Positions 9,054-18,407 of a stretch of 64,000 nt of DNA are shown here, piece after piece. The translations under genes and the position numbers were made by a program. The stretch's first letter is position 1; every line of letters begins with the position of its first letter. Under the pieces are notes generated by a model, which worked only from the letters and a program-made list of their open reading frames with translations, was not told the origin of the DNA and made no database searches. Source of the stretch: Verrucomicrobiota bacterium. Its GTDB lineage: Bacteria; Verrucomicrobiota; Verrucomicrobiia; Limisphaerales; JAEYXS01. Location of the stretch: positions 142,057-206,056 of the forward strand of contig JAEYXS010000065.1 in assembly GCA_023431185.1 (NCBI GenBank). The letters run 5' to 3'.

Positions 9054-10019
9054 ATGGCTGAAGCCGTCACCAGTGCCGCGGTCCCGACGCCCAAGCAGGC
9101 CGGGTCGTTCATCGATCCGCAGGCGTTGATGGCCATCCGCAATCTGGAACTGCGCGCCCGGATCGTGGTGCAGGGTTTCTGGAACGGCTTGCATCGCAGT
9201 CCTTATCACGGCTTCTCTGTCGAGTTCACCGAATACCGGCAATACACACCCGGTGATGATCCGCGCTATCTGGACTGGCGGCTCTACGCGCGGAGCGATC
9301 GCTATTACATCAAGAAGTTCGAGGATGAGACGAATCTCCGCTGCTATCTCTTGGTGGATAACAGCCGCTCGATGAGCTACGGCTCGCTGACGTACAGCAA
9401 AGCGCAATACGCGAACACGCTGGCGGCGACCTTCGCCCACTTTCTCTATGGCCAGGGCGATGCCGTGGGGTTGCTCACTTTCGACGAACGCATCCGCGAA
9501 TATCTGCCTGCGCGTTATCGCACGGGCCATCTGCGGCACATGATGCTGGCCTTGGAGAAACCGGCAGGCGGCACACAGACTGACTTGGCCATGCCTTTGA
9601 AGCGTATCGCTGAACTGGTGCGCAAACGCGGGCTCATGGTGTTGATGTCAGATTTCCTCACGCCCTTGGAGACATTTGAGCGCAGTCTCTCGCAGCTCAC
9701 CGCCAGTGGCCATGAAGTGATGGTGTTCCAGGTGCTGGACCCGTCGGAGCGTGATTTCGATTTTGAAAAGGCTTCGTTCTTCCTCGATGTCGAATCCGGG
9801 CGAGAGTTGTACATTGAGCCGGATGAAGTGCGGGCGGATTATCTGGAGAAGCTTAAGAAACATCAGGAATCCTTGTCGGCGATCTGCCAGAAGCTCGGAG
9901 TGGGTTTCCGGCCCGTTTATACGGACAAGCCGTTGGACATCGCCCTGTTTGATTATCTACGCGAGCGCATGCAGCGCGGCAAAGTGGTGAAGCAGCGCAA
10001 GGGAGGCACGGGCGCATGA
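9054..10019 (+). CDS. DUF58 (vWA-like) protein
   Basis: 321 aa. Has the hallmark FTEYRQYTPGDDPRYLDWRLYARSDRYYIKKFEDE. Lies 6 nt after moxR. Confidence 0.85.
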   Translation: MAEAVTSAAVPTPKQAGSFIDPQALMAIRNLELRARIVVQGFWNGLHRSPYHGFSVEFTEYRQYTPGDDPRYLDWRLYARSDRYYIKKFEDETNLRCYLLVDNSRSMSYGSLTYSKAQYANTLAATFAHFLYGQGDAVGLLTFDERIREYLPARYRTGHLRHMMLALEKPAGGTQTDLAMPLKRIAELVRKRGLMVLMSDFLTPLETFERSLSQLTASGHEVMVFQVLDPSERDFDFEKASFFLDVESGRELYIEPDEVRADYLEKLKKHQESLSAICQKLGVGFRPVYTDKPLDIALFDYLRERMQRGKVVKQRKGGTGA

Positions 10020-12124
10020 GTTTTCTCACGCCATTGTTCTTGCTGGGCGCCTTGGCGGTAGCCGGGCCGATCATCTTCCATCTGGTGCGGCGGACGACCA
10101 ATGACCGGTTCACGTTCAGTTCACTGCTCTTTCTCCAGCCGACACCGCCGAAGCTGACGCGTCGCAGCCGCATCGAGCATTGGCTGTTGCTCCTGCTGCG
10201 CTGTCTGGTGCTGGGGTTGCTGGCTTTGGGATTTGCCCGGCCTTTCTTCAATGACCCCACCCGTGCGGATGCAGGAGGAAATCTGGCCCGTCAACAGGTC
10301 ATCCTGCTGGATGTCAGTGCGAGCATGCAGCGTGATGGCGCGTGGAACCAAGCGCGGCAAAAGGTGGAAAAGTTGCTGGCGGATGCCCGGCCTACGGATC
10401 AGATCGCGCTCTATGCCTTTGACCAGCAAGCCAAGGCGCTGGTGTCTTTTGAGCAATGGCGGCAGGCACAGGAGGGTGAACGCAAGGCGATCGCCGGGCA
10501 GCGGCTGGCCGATACCAAGCCCGGCTGGCGGGCGACCCACTTGGGCAATGCGCTGGCGACCGCAGCGGAAGCATTGGAAGAAGAGGCCACACGCACGGAG
10601 TTGAAGCGTTCTTCTGTGCAGCGGGAGATCGTGGTGGTGACGGACTTGCAGGAAGGCGCGAAGCTTGATGGGCTTCAAGGCATGCAGTGGCCGGAGGGTT
10701 TGAAGGTGGAGTTTGCGAAGCTGGACTTGGGCAAGCGCAGCAACGCCGGATTACAACTCGTTGCCGAAGGCGAAGAGGCCACCGCAGCAACGGCTGAGCA
10801 GACCATCCGGGTGCGCGTGAGCAATGCGAGCGATGCGCGCAAGGAACAGTTTCAGGTCGGCTGGGCGATGCCGGATGGACGGCAGATCTCCGGCGTCGCG
10901 GTGAATGTGAATGTGCCCGCCGGGCAAAGCCGGGTGATCGCCGTGCCGCGTTCCATTGAGAATGCCCAGGCGGAGAGGATCTTGCTGACGGGAGATGATG
11001 AGCTGTTCGACAACTCGGTGCATGTGGTGAAGCAGGAGGCGGATCGGGCTGCCATCCTGTTCGTGGGTGAGGATGATCCGGCGGATACGAAGCAACTGCT
11101 TTTCTATGTACAACGCGGTTTGCAGACGACCCGTTCGCTGGCCTTGGATGTGGTGAACCGCACGGGAGCGAGTTTTCCATCCGCAGCCGAATTGGGCGCT
11201 GCCCGATTGATCATCGTCGGCCAAAGCCTGAGCAGCGGGCAGAATGCCGAACTGCGCCGGATGGCCGAGAACGGCAAAACGGTTTTGGTGGCGCTCAAAG
11301 ATGTGAACATGGCTACGAGCGTGGCCAATCTGCTGAACGTAGCCAGTCTGCCAGCGGAAGAGCGCAGCAGTTCCCGGCATGCGTTGCTTGGGCGGGTGGA
11401 TTTCACGCACCCGCTGTTCGCGCCGTTCGCCGATCCCCGGTTCAGCGATTTCACGCGCATCTATTTTTGGAAGCATCGGCAAGTGGATTTGACGGGCGTG
11501 ACCGGGGCCAAGGTGCTGGCCCAGTTCGATGACGAGAGCCCGGCGTTGTTCTCCGTGTCCGTGGGCAAGGGGCAGATCTTCGTGCTGACCAGCGGTTGGC
11601 ACCCGGCGGACAGCCAGCTCGCGCTATCGTCCAAGTTCGTCCCGCTCCTGTATTCTTTCTTGGAACAAGCGGGGACCGTGGCGGCCCGGCGGTCACAGTT
11701 CGCCGTGGGGGATGAGGTGCCCATGCCCTTGGAAGCGACGACGGCGGCCCAGATCAACCGTCCAGATGGGGAAAAATTGGCCTTGGGCGAGCGTAAACTG
11801 CTGGCGGGAACGGAACTTCCGGGGATTTACGGCGTTCAAGAGAGTGGGAAGAACTGGCGTTTCGCCGTGAACTTGCCGGCAGAGGAAAGCCGGACAGCGC
11901 AGTTGCCGTTGGAAGAACTTGAACGGCTGGGGATTCCGGTTCATAGTTCAAGCCTAGTAACACCCCAGCAGGCTCAGGCACGCCAAGAAAAGTTGAAACA
12001 TGCCGAGCTCGAGAACCGTCAGAAGTTATGGCGCTGGTTGGTGGTGGCCGCACTGGCCGTGCTCCTGATGGAAACTTGGCTGGCTGCGCGCCTGACGCGC
12101 CCGGTCCAAACAGTCACCGCATGA
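10016..12124 (+). CDS. BatA-type protein: aerotolerance-regulator N-terminal TM domain plus vWA-like region
   Basis: 702 aa. The N-terminus MSFLTPLFLLGALAVAGPIIFHLVRR matches the BatA_N signature. ILLDVSASM is a vWA MIDAS-like element. There is a C-terminal TM. ATGA overlap with the DUF58 stop. Confidence 0.8.
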   Translation: MSFLTPLFLLGALAVAGPIIFHLVRRTTNDRFTFSSLLFLQPTPPKLTRRSRIEHWLLLLLRCLVLGLLALGFARPFFNDPTRADAGGNLARQQVILLDVSASMQRDGAWNQARQKVEKLLADARPTDQIALYAFDQQAKALVSFEQWRQAQEGERKAIAGQRLADTKPGWRATHLGNALATAAEALEEEATRTELKRSSVQREIVVVTDLQEGAKLDGLQGMQWPEGLKVEFAKLDLGKRSNAGLQLVAEGEEATAATAEQTIRVRVSNASDARKEQFQVGWAMPDGRQISGVAVNVNVPAGQSRVIAVPRSIENAQAERILLTGDDELFDNSVHVVKQEADRAAILFVGEDDPADTKQLLFYVQRGLQTTRSLALDVVNRTGASFPSAAELGAARLIIVGQSLSSGQNAELRRMAENGKTVLVALKDVNMATSVANLLNVASLPAEERSSSRHALLGRVDFTHPLFAPFADPRFSDFTRIYFWKHRQVDLTGVTGAKVLAQFDDESPALFSVSVGKGQIFVLTSGWHPADSQLALSSKFVPLLYSFLEQAGTVAARRSQFAVGDEVPMPLEATTAAQINRPDGEKLALGERKLLAGTELPGIYGVQESGKNWRFAVNLPAEESRTAQLPLEELERLGIPVHSSSLVTPQQAQARQEKLKHAELENRQKLWRWLVVAALAVLLMETWLAARLTRPVQTVTA

Positions 12125-15100
12125 TCGCCGCCGAACTGAAACAACGACTGGACCCCATCCTGGCCCGGCACGAGGCCTTGCGCCGGTGGCGGGCATTGAT
12201 CTTCTGCTGGGTCGGAATCGCGGTGCTCTCCGGCCTTATGCTTTGGCAACACAAGGCGACCGGCTGGACTTCCAATCGTGCCTGGATCGTGGTGGTTGCC
12301 GTGGGCGTGGCCGGAGTGTTCGGCATTCTCTGGAAGCTCAGGCAAACAGCGTTGGATTACCGTTGGCTGGCGCGCAAACTGGAGAAGGACCATCCTGAAC
12401 TACAAACTTCCTTGCTGGCGGCTATCGAGCAGAAACCTGAAGGGGCGAATGGGGATTTCAGCTTCCTTCAGAAGCGGCTCTTCAAGGAGATTGGTGAACG
12501 GTGCGAGGAGCAGGCTTGGGGTGTGGAAACAGAGAATGCCCTGGGCAAGTTGCGGGTCGCCAACACAGTGCTTTTCATGATGGCTGCTTTGACGGTGGCC
12601 GCCGTTTCTTTCTTGCCCCCGGCACCGGATGGTTACGTGGCAGGTGGCAAGCAGGCGGGTGAGGTCGAGATATCGCCCGGTGATGTGGAAGTGGAGCGCG
12701 GAGCGGGCATGGTCGTGCTGGCGCGTTTTCCCGGAGCGGTTCCGTCCGAGGCGACGTTGGTGCTGACACCGGCCACCGGCCAGCCGCAGCGCATCCCGCT
12801 GAGCAAGAATCTGAACGACCCCATCTTCGGTGCGAGCCTGCCTTCGGTGCAAGGAGACATGAAATATGAGGTCGAGTATGGCCGGACCAGGACGCGCGAG
12901 TTCGCGGTGAAGGTCTATGAGCATCCTGCCCTCCTACGCGCGGATGCCACGCTGAAATTCCCTGAGTATACCGGTCTGCCCGAGCGCAAAGTCGAGGAGA
13001 CCACGCGTGTGAGCGCCGTGGAGGGGACGCAGTTGGAGTATGTCTTCCAGATGAACAAGCCGGTGACGGAGGCGAAGCTCAAAGCTTTGAATGGTGATGA
13101 ATTGGTCCTGAAACAGGATGCCGCCAAGCCCAATGTCTGGACCGCGAATTTCCCATTGGAGAAATCCGCGCGTTACAAGCTGCTCTTGCGTGATGCGGAC
13201 GGGCGCACGAACAAGTCGCCGTCCGAGGTGGTGTTGAACGCCATCGCGAACAAGCCACCCGATATGAAGCTGCTCGCGCCGAAGGGTGATCCGCGCGTGT
13301 CGCCGATCGAGGAGCTTCGCTTTGAGGCGCAGGTTGCGGATGATTTCGGAGTTAAGTCGTACGGTCTGGCTTACAGCCTCGCCGGGCAGGAGCCGAAGTA
13401 CGTCGAGTTGGGCAAAGACAGCCAAGCGAACCAGAAGAAGGTTTTCCAGCACCTGCTGGCGATGGAAAAGCTGACGGTGGAGCCGGATGAAGTGGTGTCC
13501 TACTTCGTGTGGGCGGATGATTACGGGCCGGACGGCAAGATGCGCCGGAACATGGGCGACATCTACTTCGCCGAGATCCGTCCCTTTGATGAGATTTTCC
13601 GCCAAGGCCAAGGTGGTGAAGAAGGTGGTGGCGGTGGAGGCGGCGGTGGTTCGATGCAGCAACTGGGCGATCTGCAGAAGCAGATCGTCATCGCGACCTG
13701 GAAATTGCAGCGCCGCGAGACGAAGGCGACGGTTTCCGAGCCATTCAAGAAAGACGTGGAAGCAATTCGTCAGGCCCAGGAACAGATGCTTCAACAGACG
13801 GAAGAGAAGGCGGGCGAGGTCACCGATCCCAATTTGGCGAAGTATGTGGACCTGGCGATGAAGGAGATGAAAAAGGCGGTGGATCAGCTCGGTCAGGCCG
13901 AACAGAAGAATTCCGCCAAGCCGCTCCCGCTGGCACTTTCAGCCGAGCAATCCGCGATGCGGGCGCTGGCCAAGCTGCAACCTCGCGAGACGCAAGTCAG
14001 CCAGAGCAAGAAGAAGGGCGGCGGTGGCGGTGGTGGCGGCAAGCAGAAGCAGCTCGATCAGATGGAGATGAAGCAGGCCGAGGACCGTTACGAGAAGGAG
14101 AAACAAGCCACGGCCATGCAGAACGAGCAGCAGAAGGAACAATTACAGTTCCTGAACCGGCTGCGTGAACTGGCCCAGCGGCAGGATGATCTGAACGAGC
14201 GCCTGAAGGAATTGCAGACGGCTTTGCAGGAGGCCAAGAACGCCGAGCAACGGGCGGAGATCGAGCGGCAGTTGAAGCGGCTTCGTGAGGAGGAACGCCA
14301 GATGCTGGCGGACGTGGATGAGCTACGCCAGAAGATGGACGAGAGCCAGAGCGCGCAACAGACTGCCGAGCAACGCGAACAGTTGGACAAGACGCGGGAA
14401 GATATTCGCCGGGCTTCCGAGGAGATTGAGAAAGGCGCCGTATCACAGGCCTTGGCGGCTGGTAATCGGGCGCAACGCGATCTGGAACAGATGAAGGAAG
14501 ACTTGCGCAAGCAGACTTCCAGTGAGTTCGCCGAGGCCATGCGCGGGATGCGCGATGAAGCACGCAAACTCTCCGAGAAACAGGAAGAGCTCGCCGGGCA
14601 GATGCGGGAGGACACCAAGAAGGGGGCGCGTAAGAGTCTGACGGATGCGAATGACAAGGAAGGCGTGACGGAAGGATTGAAGCAACAGCGCGAGCGCTAC
14701 AACGAGCTGGTGAAAGACCTGAAAGAGGTGACACAGGCGGCGGAAGCCTCCGAGCCGTTGCTGGCCAAACAGCTTTACGAGACGGTACGCAAGGCCGAGC
14801 AGGAGAAAACGGAGAACCTGTTGGAGATGACCGAGGAATTGTTCAAGCGCGGTTTCGCGCCGCAATCACAGCAATATGAGGAGAAGGCGCGGGCCTCGCT
14901 GGATCAGGTACGGCAAGGCGTGGAAAGGGCGGCGGAGAGTGTGCTCGGTAACGAAGTGGAAGCGATGCGTTATGCGGAGCGGCAGTTGAAGAATCTGTCC
15001 GAGCAGTTGGAGAAGGAGATCGCGAAGGGTGATCCATCGCTGGCGCAGGCTGGGCAGGGCAAACGCGATCCGTCTTCCACGAATCGTCTGGCGGCAGCGG

Positions 15101-16005
15101 GCAATGGCAGCTCCACGAACCGGCTGGCGGGTGGCACGAATCAACTGGCGATGGCCGGTGGTAAATCGTCGCAGAAGGGCAAGGACGGACAGCAACCGGG
15201 CCAGAATGGTGAGCCGAAGGGTCAAGGTGGCAAAGGCGGTGAAGGCAAGCAGCCCGGCAATGAGCAAGGCAAAGATGGCCAGCCCGGTCAGGGTGGACAA
15301 AAGGGCAAGCAAGGGGAAGGCAAACAGGGCGAGGGCCAAGGCCAAGGTCAGGGCGAAGGACAAAAGCAGATGGCCAGCAACCAAGGCCAGAAAGGCAAGG
15401 GGCAAGGTCAGGGCCAGGGTGAAGGCGAAGGTGAGGGGCAACGCGAACAGCCCGGACAAAAGGGCAAGGGTAAAGGCCAAGGACAGGGGCAAGGTCAAGG
15501 TGAAGGTCAGGGACAGGGCGAAGGCCAGCAACCCGGCCAAGGCCAAGGCCAAGGGCAGGGAGGAAATCAACGCAGCGGCAATCAGCAGATGGCGGGTGGC
15601 GGGCGGGGTGGTTCCGAGGGTGGTGGTATTGATTTGTTCAACAACCGTGATGGCGGTTGGGAGGGCGGTCCCTTGACGGGCGAGCGCTTCACGCAGTGGA
15701 GTGACCGTTTGCGCGAGGTCGAGGAATCGATTGATTCGCCCGAGCTGCGAGCCGAGGTGGCGCGGGTCCGTGATCGGGCGCGTGAGGTGCGTGTGGAATT
15801 CAAGCGGCACAGCAAAGAGCCGCAGTGGGACTTGGTGCAGGCGGAGATCTCCAAACCGATGGCGGAGATCCGGGCGAAACTCCAGCAGGAGATCGCCAAG
15901 CGGGAGTCGAAGGAGGCGCTGGTGCCGATCGACCGTGACCCGGTGCCGGGCCGGTTCAGCGAACTGGTGCGCCGCTATTACGAAAAACTGGGTGGTAACG
16001 ATTGA
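12121..16005 (+). CDS. large (1294 aa) membrane protein with beta-rich region, long acidic coiled coil, poly-Gly runs and G/Q/K/E low-complexity tail
   Basis: Start trimmed to the ATG at 12121 (ATGA overlap with the upstream stop). Two or three N-terminal TM helices. Heptad-like EQ/RK-rich region at roughly 13700-15000. No family name is recognised with certainty. Confidence 0.75.
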   Translation: MIAAELKQRLDPILARHEALRRWRALIFCWVGIAVLSGLMLWQHKATGWTSNRAWIVVVAVGVAGVFGILWKLRQTALDYRWLARKLEKDHPELQTSLLAAIEQKPEGANGDFSFLQKRLFKEIGERCEEQAWGVETENALGKLRVANTVLFMMAALTVAAVSFLPPAPDGYVAGGKQAGEVEISPGDVEVERGAGMVVLARFPGAVPSEATLVLTPATGQPQRIPLSKNLNDPIFGASLPSVQGDMKYEVEYGRTRTREFAVKVYEHPALLRADATLKFPEYTGLPERKVEETTRVSAVEGTQLEYVFQMNKPVTEAKLKALNGDELVLKQDAAKPNVWTANFPLEKSARYKLLLRDADGRTNKSPSEVVLNAIANKPPDMKLLAPKGDPRVSPIEELRFEAQVADDFGVKSYGLAYSLAGQEPKYVELGKDSQANQKKVFQHLLAMEKLTVEPDEVVSYFVWADDYGPDGKMRRNMGDIYFAEIRPFDEIFRQGQGGEEGGGGGGGGGSMQQLGDLQKQIVIATWKLQRRETKATVSEPFKKDVEAIRQAQEQMLQQTEEKAGEVTDPNLAKYVDLAMKEMKKAVDQLGQAEQKNSAKPLPLALSAEQSAMRALAKLQPRETQVSQSKKKGGGGGGGGKQKQLDQMEMKQAEDRYEKEKQATAMQNEQQKEQLQFLNRLRELAQRQDDLNERLKELQTALQEAKNAEQRAEIERQLKRLREEERQMLADVDELRQKMDESQSAQQTAEQREQLDKTREDIRRASEEIEKGAVSQALAAGNRAQRDLEQMKEDLRKQTSSEFAEAMRGMRDEARKLSEKQEELAGQMREDTKKGARKSLTDANDKEGVTEGLKQQRERYNELVKDLKEVTQAAEASEPLLAKQLYETVRKAEQEKTENLLEMTEELFKRGFAPQSQQYEEKARASLDQVRQGVERAAESVLGNEVEAMRYAERQLKNLSEQLEKEIAKGDPSLAQAGQGKRDPSSTNRLAAAGNGSSTNRLAGGTNQLAMAGGKSSQKGKDGQQPGQNGEPKGQGGKGGEGKQPGNEQGKDGQPGQGGQKGKQGEGKQGEGQGQGQGEGQKQMASNQGQKGKGQGQGQGEGEGEGQREQPGQKGKGKGQGQGQGQGEGQGQGEGQQPGQGQGQGQGGNQRSGNQQMAGGGRGGSEGGGIDLFNNRDGGWEGGPLTGERFTQWSDRLREVEESIDSPELRAEVARVRDRAREVRVEFKRHSKEPQWDLVQAEISKPMAEIRAKLQQEIAKRESKEALVPIDRDPVPGRFSELVRRYYEKLGGND
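15172..15627 (+). repeat. coding low-complexity tract (GQGQGQGEGQ / KGKGQG / GEGK units) inside the 1294-aa gene
   Basis: About 150 consecutive codons use almost only G, Q, K, E, P and N. The DNA consists of degenerate GGN-CAR/GAR/AAR hexamers. Confidence 0.85.
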
Positions 16006-18407
16006 TGTTCTGGGCGGCGATATTTCTTTCCGCGAAAAACTGGCTGCCATGGGCCGCCGGTTTTTTGTTCGTGGCCGGGCTGCTGCTGGCGTGGGGTTAT
16101 CACCGCACACGTCTGCAAGGCGGCCTGCGTTTCGCGTGCATCAGCCTCAAGATAATCGGCATCGCCCTGCTGGCTCTCTGTCTGCTCGAACCGATGTGGT
16201 CGGGTGAACGCGCGGTGCCGGGGGCGAACCAGTTGCTGGTGGTGGCGGACAACAGCCAGGGCATGCAGATCCGGGACGAGGATGCGGGCAAGACCCGCGG
16301 CGAGCGATTGCAGACAATGCTCGCGGATGCTGAGAAAGGCTGGCTTGGCGGTCTCAATGAGAACTTCAAGGTGCGACCGTTCCTCGTCGATTCGCGGTTG
16401 CAGGCGGTGAGTGATTTCGGGGCGCTGGATTTCAAGGGAGATGCTTCATCACTGGGTTATGCCGTGAAGACCTTGGGCGAGCGGTATCGCGGCCAGCCAG
16501 TCGCGGGCTTGCTCTTGCTGACGGATGGCAATGCCACGGACGTGGACGAGGCGATGGATTTCACAGGCTTGCCACCGGTCTATCCAGTCGTGTTAGGCAA
16601 GGGAGAACCGGAACGAGATCTGGCCATCCGCAAGGTGTCAGTGAGCCAGACTTCTTTTGAAGATGCGCCGGTGACCATCCAAGTGGAGGTGAGCGTCACG
16701 GGGTATAAAGGTGAGAGCATCGTGGCGAGCGCGATCGAGGTCAGCCCGGGCGGAACGAACACGACCATGCTTTCGACGACGAATGAGTCGGCGGTCGCCC
16801 GCTCCAAAGGCCAGACGCAAACGGTGAAGGATGACATGCAGCCGCTGGTGTTCCGTTTCCTGGAGCGGCCGATCTCACAGGGCAGCACCTTTTACTGGAT
16901 CACCGTGGTGGCCAAGGGCGAGACGCAAGTGAGCGAAGCTACTCTCCTGAACAACCAGCAACTGGTGGCGGTGAACCGGGGCGAAGGACCATACCGCATA
17001 CTGTATGTTTCCGGGCGACCGAACTGGGAATTCAAGTTCCTGAACCGGGCCGTGTGGGACGATCCGCAACTGGAATTGATGGCGTTGCTGCGAGTGGCCA
17101 AGCGGGAGCCAAAATTCCAGTTCAAGACCCGCTATGGTGAGACGAGCAATCCGCTGTTCCGCGGTTTCGACCGCAAGACGGAGGAGACGGAACGTTATGA
17201 TCAGCCGGTGTTGATCCGGTTGAATGCTAAGGATGAGGCGGAGTTGCGGGATGGATTTCCCAAAACTCCGGAGGACTTGTATCGCTACCACGCGGTGATC
17301 TTGGATGACTTGGAGTCCGAGTTTTTCACCCAGGACCAGATGAGTCTGGTGCAGCGTTTCGTGAGTGATCGCGGTGGCGGATTCCTCATGCTGGGCGGTC
17401 AGGAATCATTCAATCAGGGCAAGTATGACAACACACCCATCGGAGCCATGCTGCCGGTTTATCTGGATGGCAATGCCGATGTGGTGCCCGTGAGCAACCT
17501 GAAGCTGTCGCTGACCCGCGAAGGTTGGTTGCAACCTTGGGTGCGCTTGCGGGCGAATGAAACAGAAGAGAAGGAGCGTTATGCGGCGATGCCCGCCTTG
17601 CAGGTAATGAACCATACGCGTTCGGTGAAGCCGGGGGCGAATGTGCTGGCGTCCGTGCAGGATGGCAGCGGTGAGAATTACCCGGCGCTGGTAGTGCAGA
17701 AGTTCGGCTATGGCCGCACTGCCGCCATCACGATCGGCGATCTGTGGCGCTGGGGGTTCAATGATGAACTGATGATGGCGGATCTGCAGAAGGCATGGCG
17801 GCAGACCTTGCGCTGGATGGTGGCTGATGTGCCCGAGCGGGTGGAGATCCGGGCGGAGCCATCACGGCATGAAGGTCACGGAGCAGTGCGGTTGAAAGTG
17901 CGGGCGCGTGATGCGGTGTTCAAGCCGCTGGATAACGCCACCGTGAGCGTAAGCATCAAGTCGCTGCCTTTGCCTACGGCGACGAACGCAATGGCGATGC
18001 CGGAGATCAAGCTGACGGCGGAACCATCGCTTAGCGAACCCGGCTTGTATGAGACGCTGTTCATCCCGCGTGAGCCGGGCGGTTATGTGGCGACAGCCAT
18101 CGCGACCGATGCGAATGCGGTCACGGCAGGTACGGCCATGGCGGCGTGGGCGAGTGATTTTGCCGCGGAAGAATTCGCCTCGCTGAAGCCGAATCGTGGA
18201 TTGATGGAGAAGATTGCCCGGCAAACGGGTGGCGAAGTGATCGATGAGGACAAGTTGTCTGCGTTCGCAGCCAAGCTGCCGCAGCGCAAGGCGCCGGTTA
18301 TGGAGACGACGGCGCAACCATTGTGGCATACTTCCTGGGTGTTCCTGCTGGCGCTGGCGTGCTTCCTGGCGGAGTGGGGATTGCGACGAAAATCGGGACT
18401 GGCATGA
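16005..18407 (+). CDS. membrane protein with vWA-like and class-I glutamine-amidotransferase-like (DUF1355-type) domains
   Basis: About 800 aa. The ATG at 16005 overlaps the upstream TGA by 1 nt. N-terminal TMs are present. YHAVILDDLESEFFTQDQMSLVQRFVSDRGGGFLMLGGQESF resembles the putative GATase1-like domain seen in Bat-type operons. There is a C-terminal TM. Confidence 0.7.
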   Translation: MFWAAIFLSAKNWLPWAAGFLFVAGLLLAWGYHRTRLQGGLRFACISLKIIGIALLALCLLEPMWSGERAVPGANQLLVVADNSQGMQIRDEDAGKTRGERLQTMLADAEKGWLGGLNENFKVRPFLVDSRLQAVSDFGALDFKGDASSLGYAVKTLGERYRGQPVAGLLLLTDGNATDVDEAMDFTGLPPVYPVVLGKGEPERDLAIRKVSVSQTSFEDAPVTIQVEVSVTGYKGESIVASAIEVSPGGTNTTMLSTTNESAVARSKGQTQTVKDDMQPLVFRFLERPISQGSTFYWITVVAKGETQVSEATLLNNQQLVAVNRGEGPYRILYVSGRPNWEFKFLNRAVWDDPQLELMALLRVAKREPKFQFKTRYGETSNPLFRGFDRKTEETERYDQPVLIRLNAKDEAELRDGFPKTPEDLYRYHAVILDDLESEFFTQDQMSLVQRFVSDRGGGFLMLGGQESFNQGKYDNTPIGAMLPVYLDGNADVVPVSNLKLSLTREGWLQPWVRLRANETEEKERYAAMPALQVMNHTRSVKPGANVLASVQDGSGENYPALVVQKFGYGRTAAITIGDLWRWGFNDELMMADLQKAWRQTLRWMVADVPERVEIRAEPSRHEGHGAVRLKVRARDAVFKPLDNATVSVSIKSLPLPTATNAMAMPEIKLTAEPSLSEPGLYETLFIPREPGGYVATAIATDANAVTAGTAMAAWASDFAAEEFASLKPNRGLMEKIARQTGGEVIDEDKLSAFAAKLPQRKAPVMETTAQPLWHTSWVFLLALACFLAEWGLRRKSGLA

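Noticed and set aside
13612-14040. G-rich poly-Gly coding runs as G-quadruplex elements
   Set aside because: The tracts are GG-N-GG only, so at best unstable two-tetrad structures. They are fully explained by Gly codons.
15172-15627. Repeat arrays (the GQG tract, and the 9-bp repeat at 27455-27490) as possible CRISPR or minisatellite loci
   Set aside because: There is no repeat-spacer organisation with 25-40-nt units and no cas genes. The first array is in frame within a CDS, and the second is only 36 bp.
14866-16110. 414-aa minus-strand ORF full of LALTLPLAF-type repeats
   Set aside because: It is the antisense translation of the GQG/GEG coding repeat in the 1294-aa gene. It overlaps two coupled plus-strand genes and is not independent coding.
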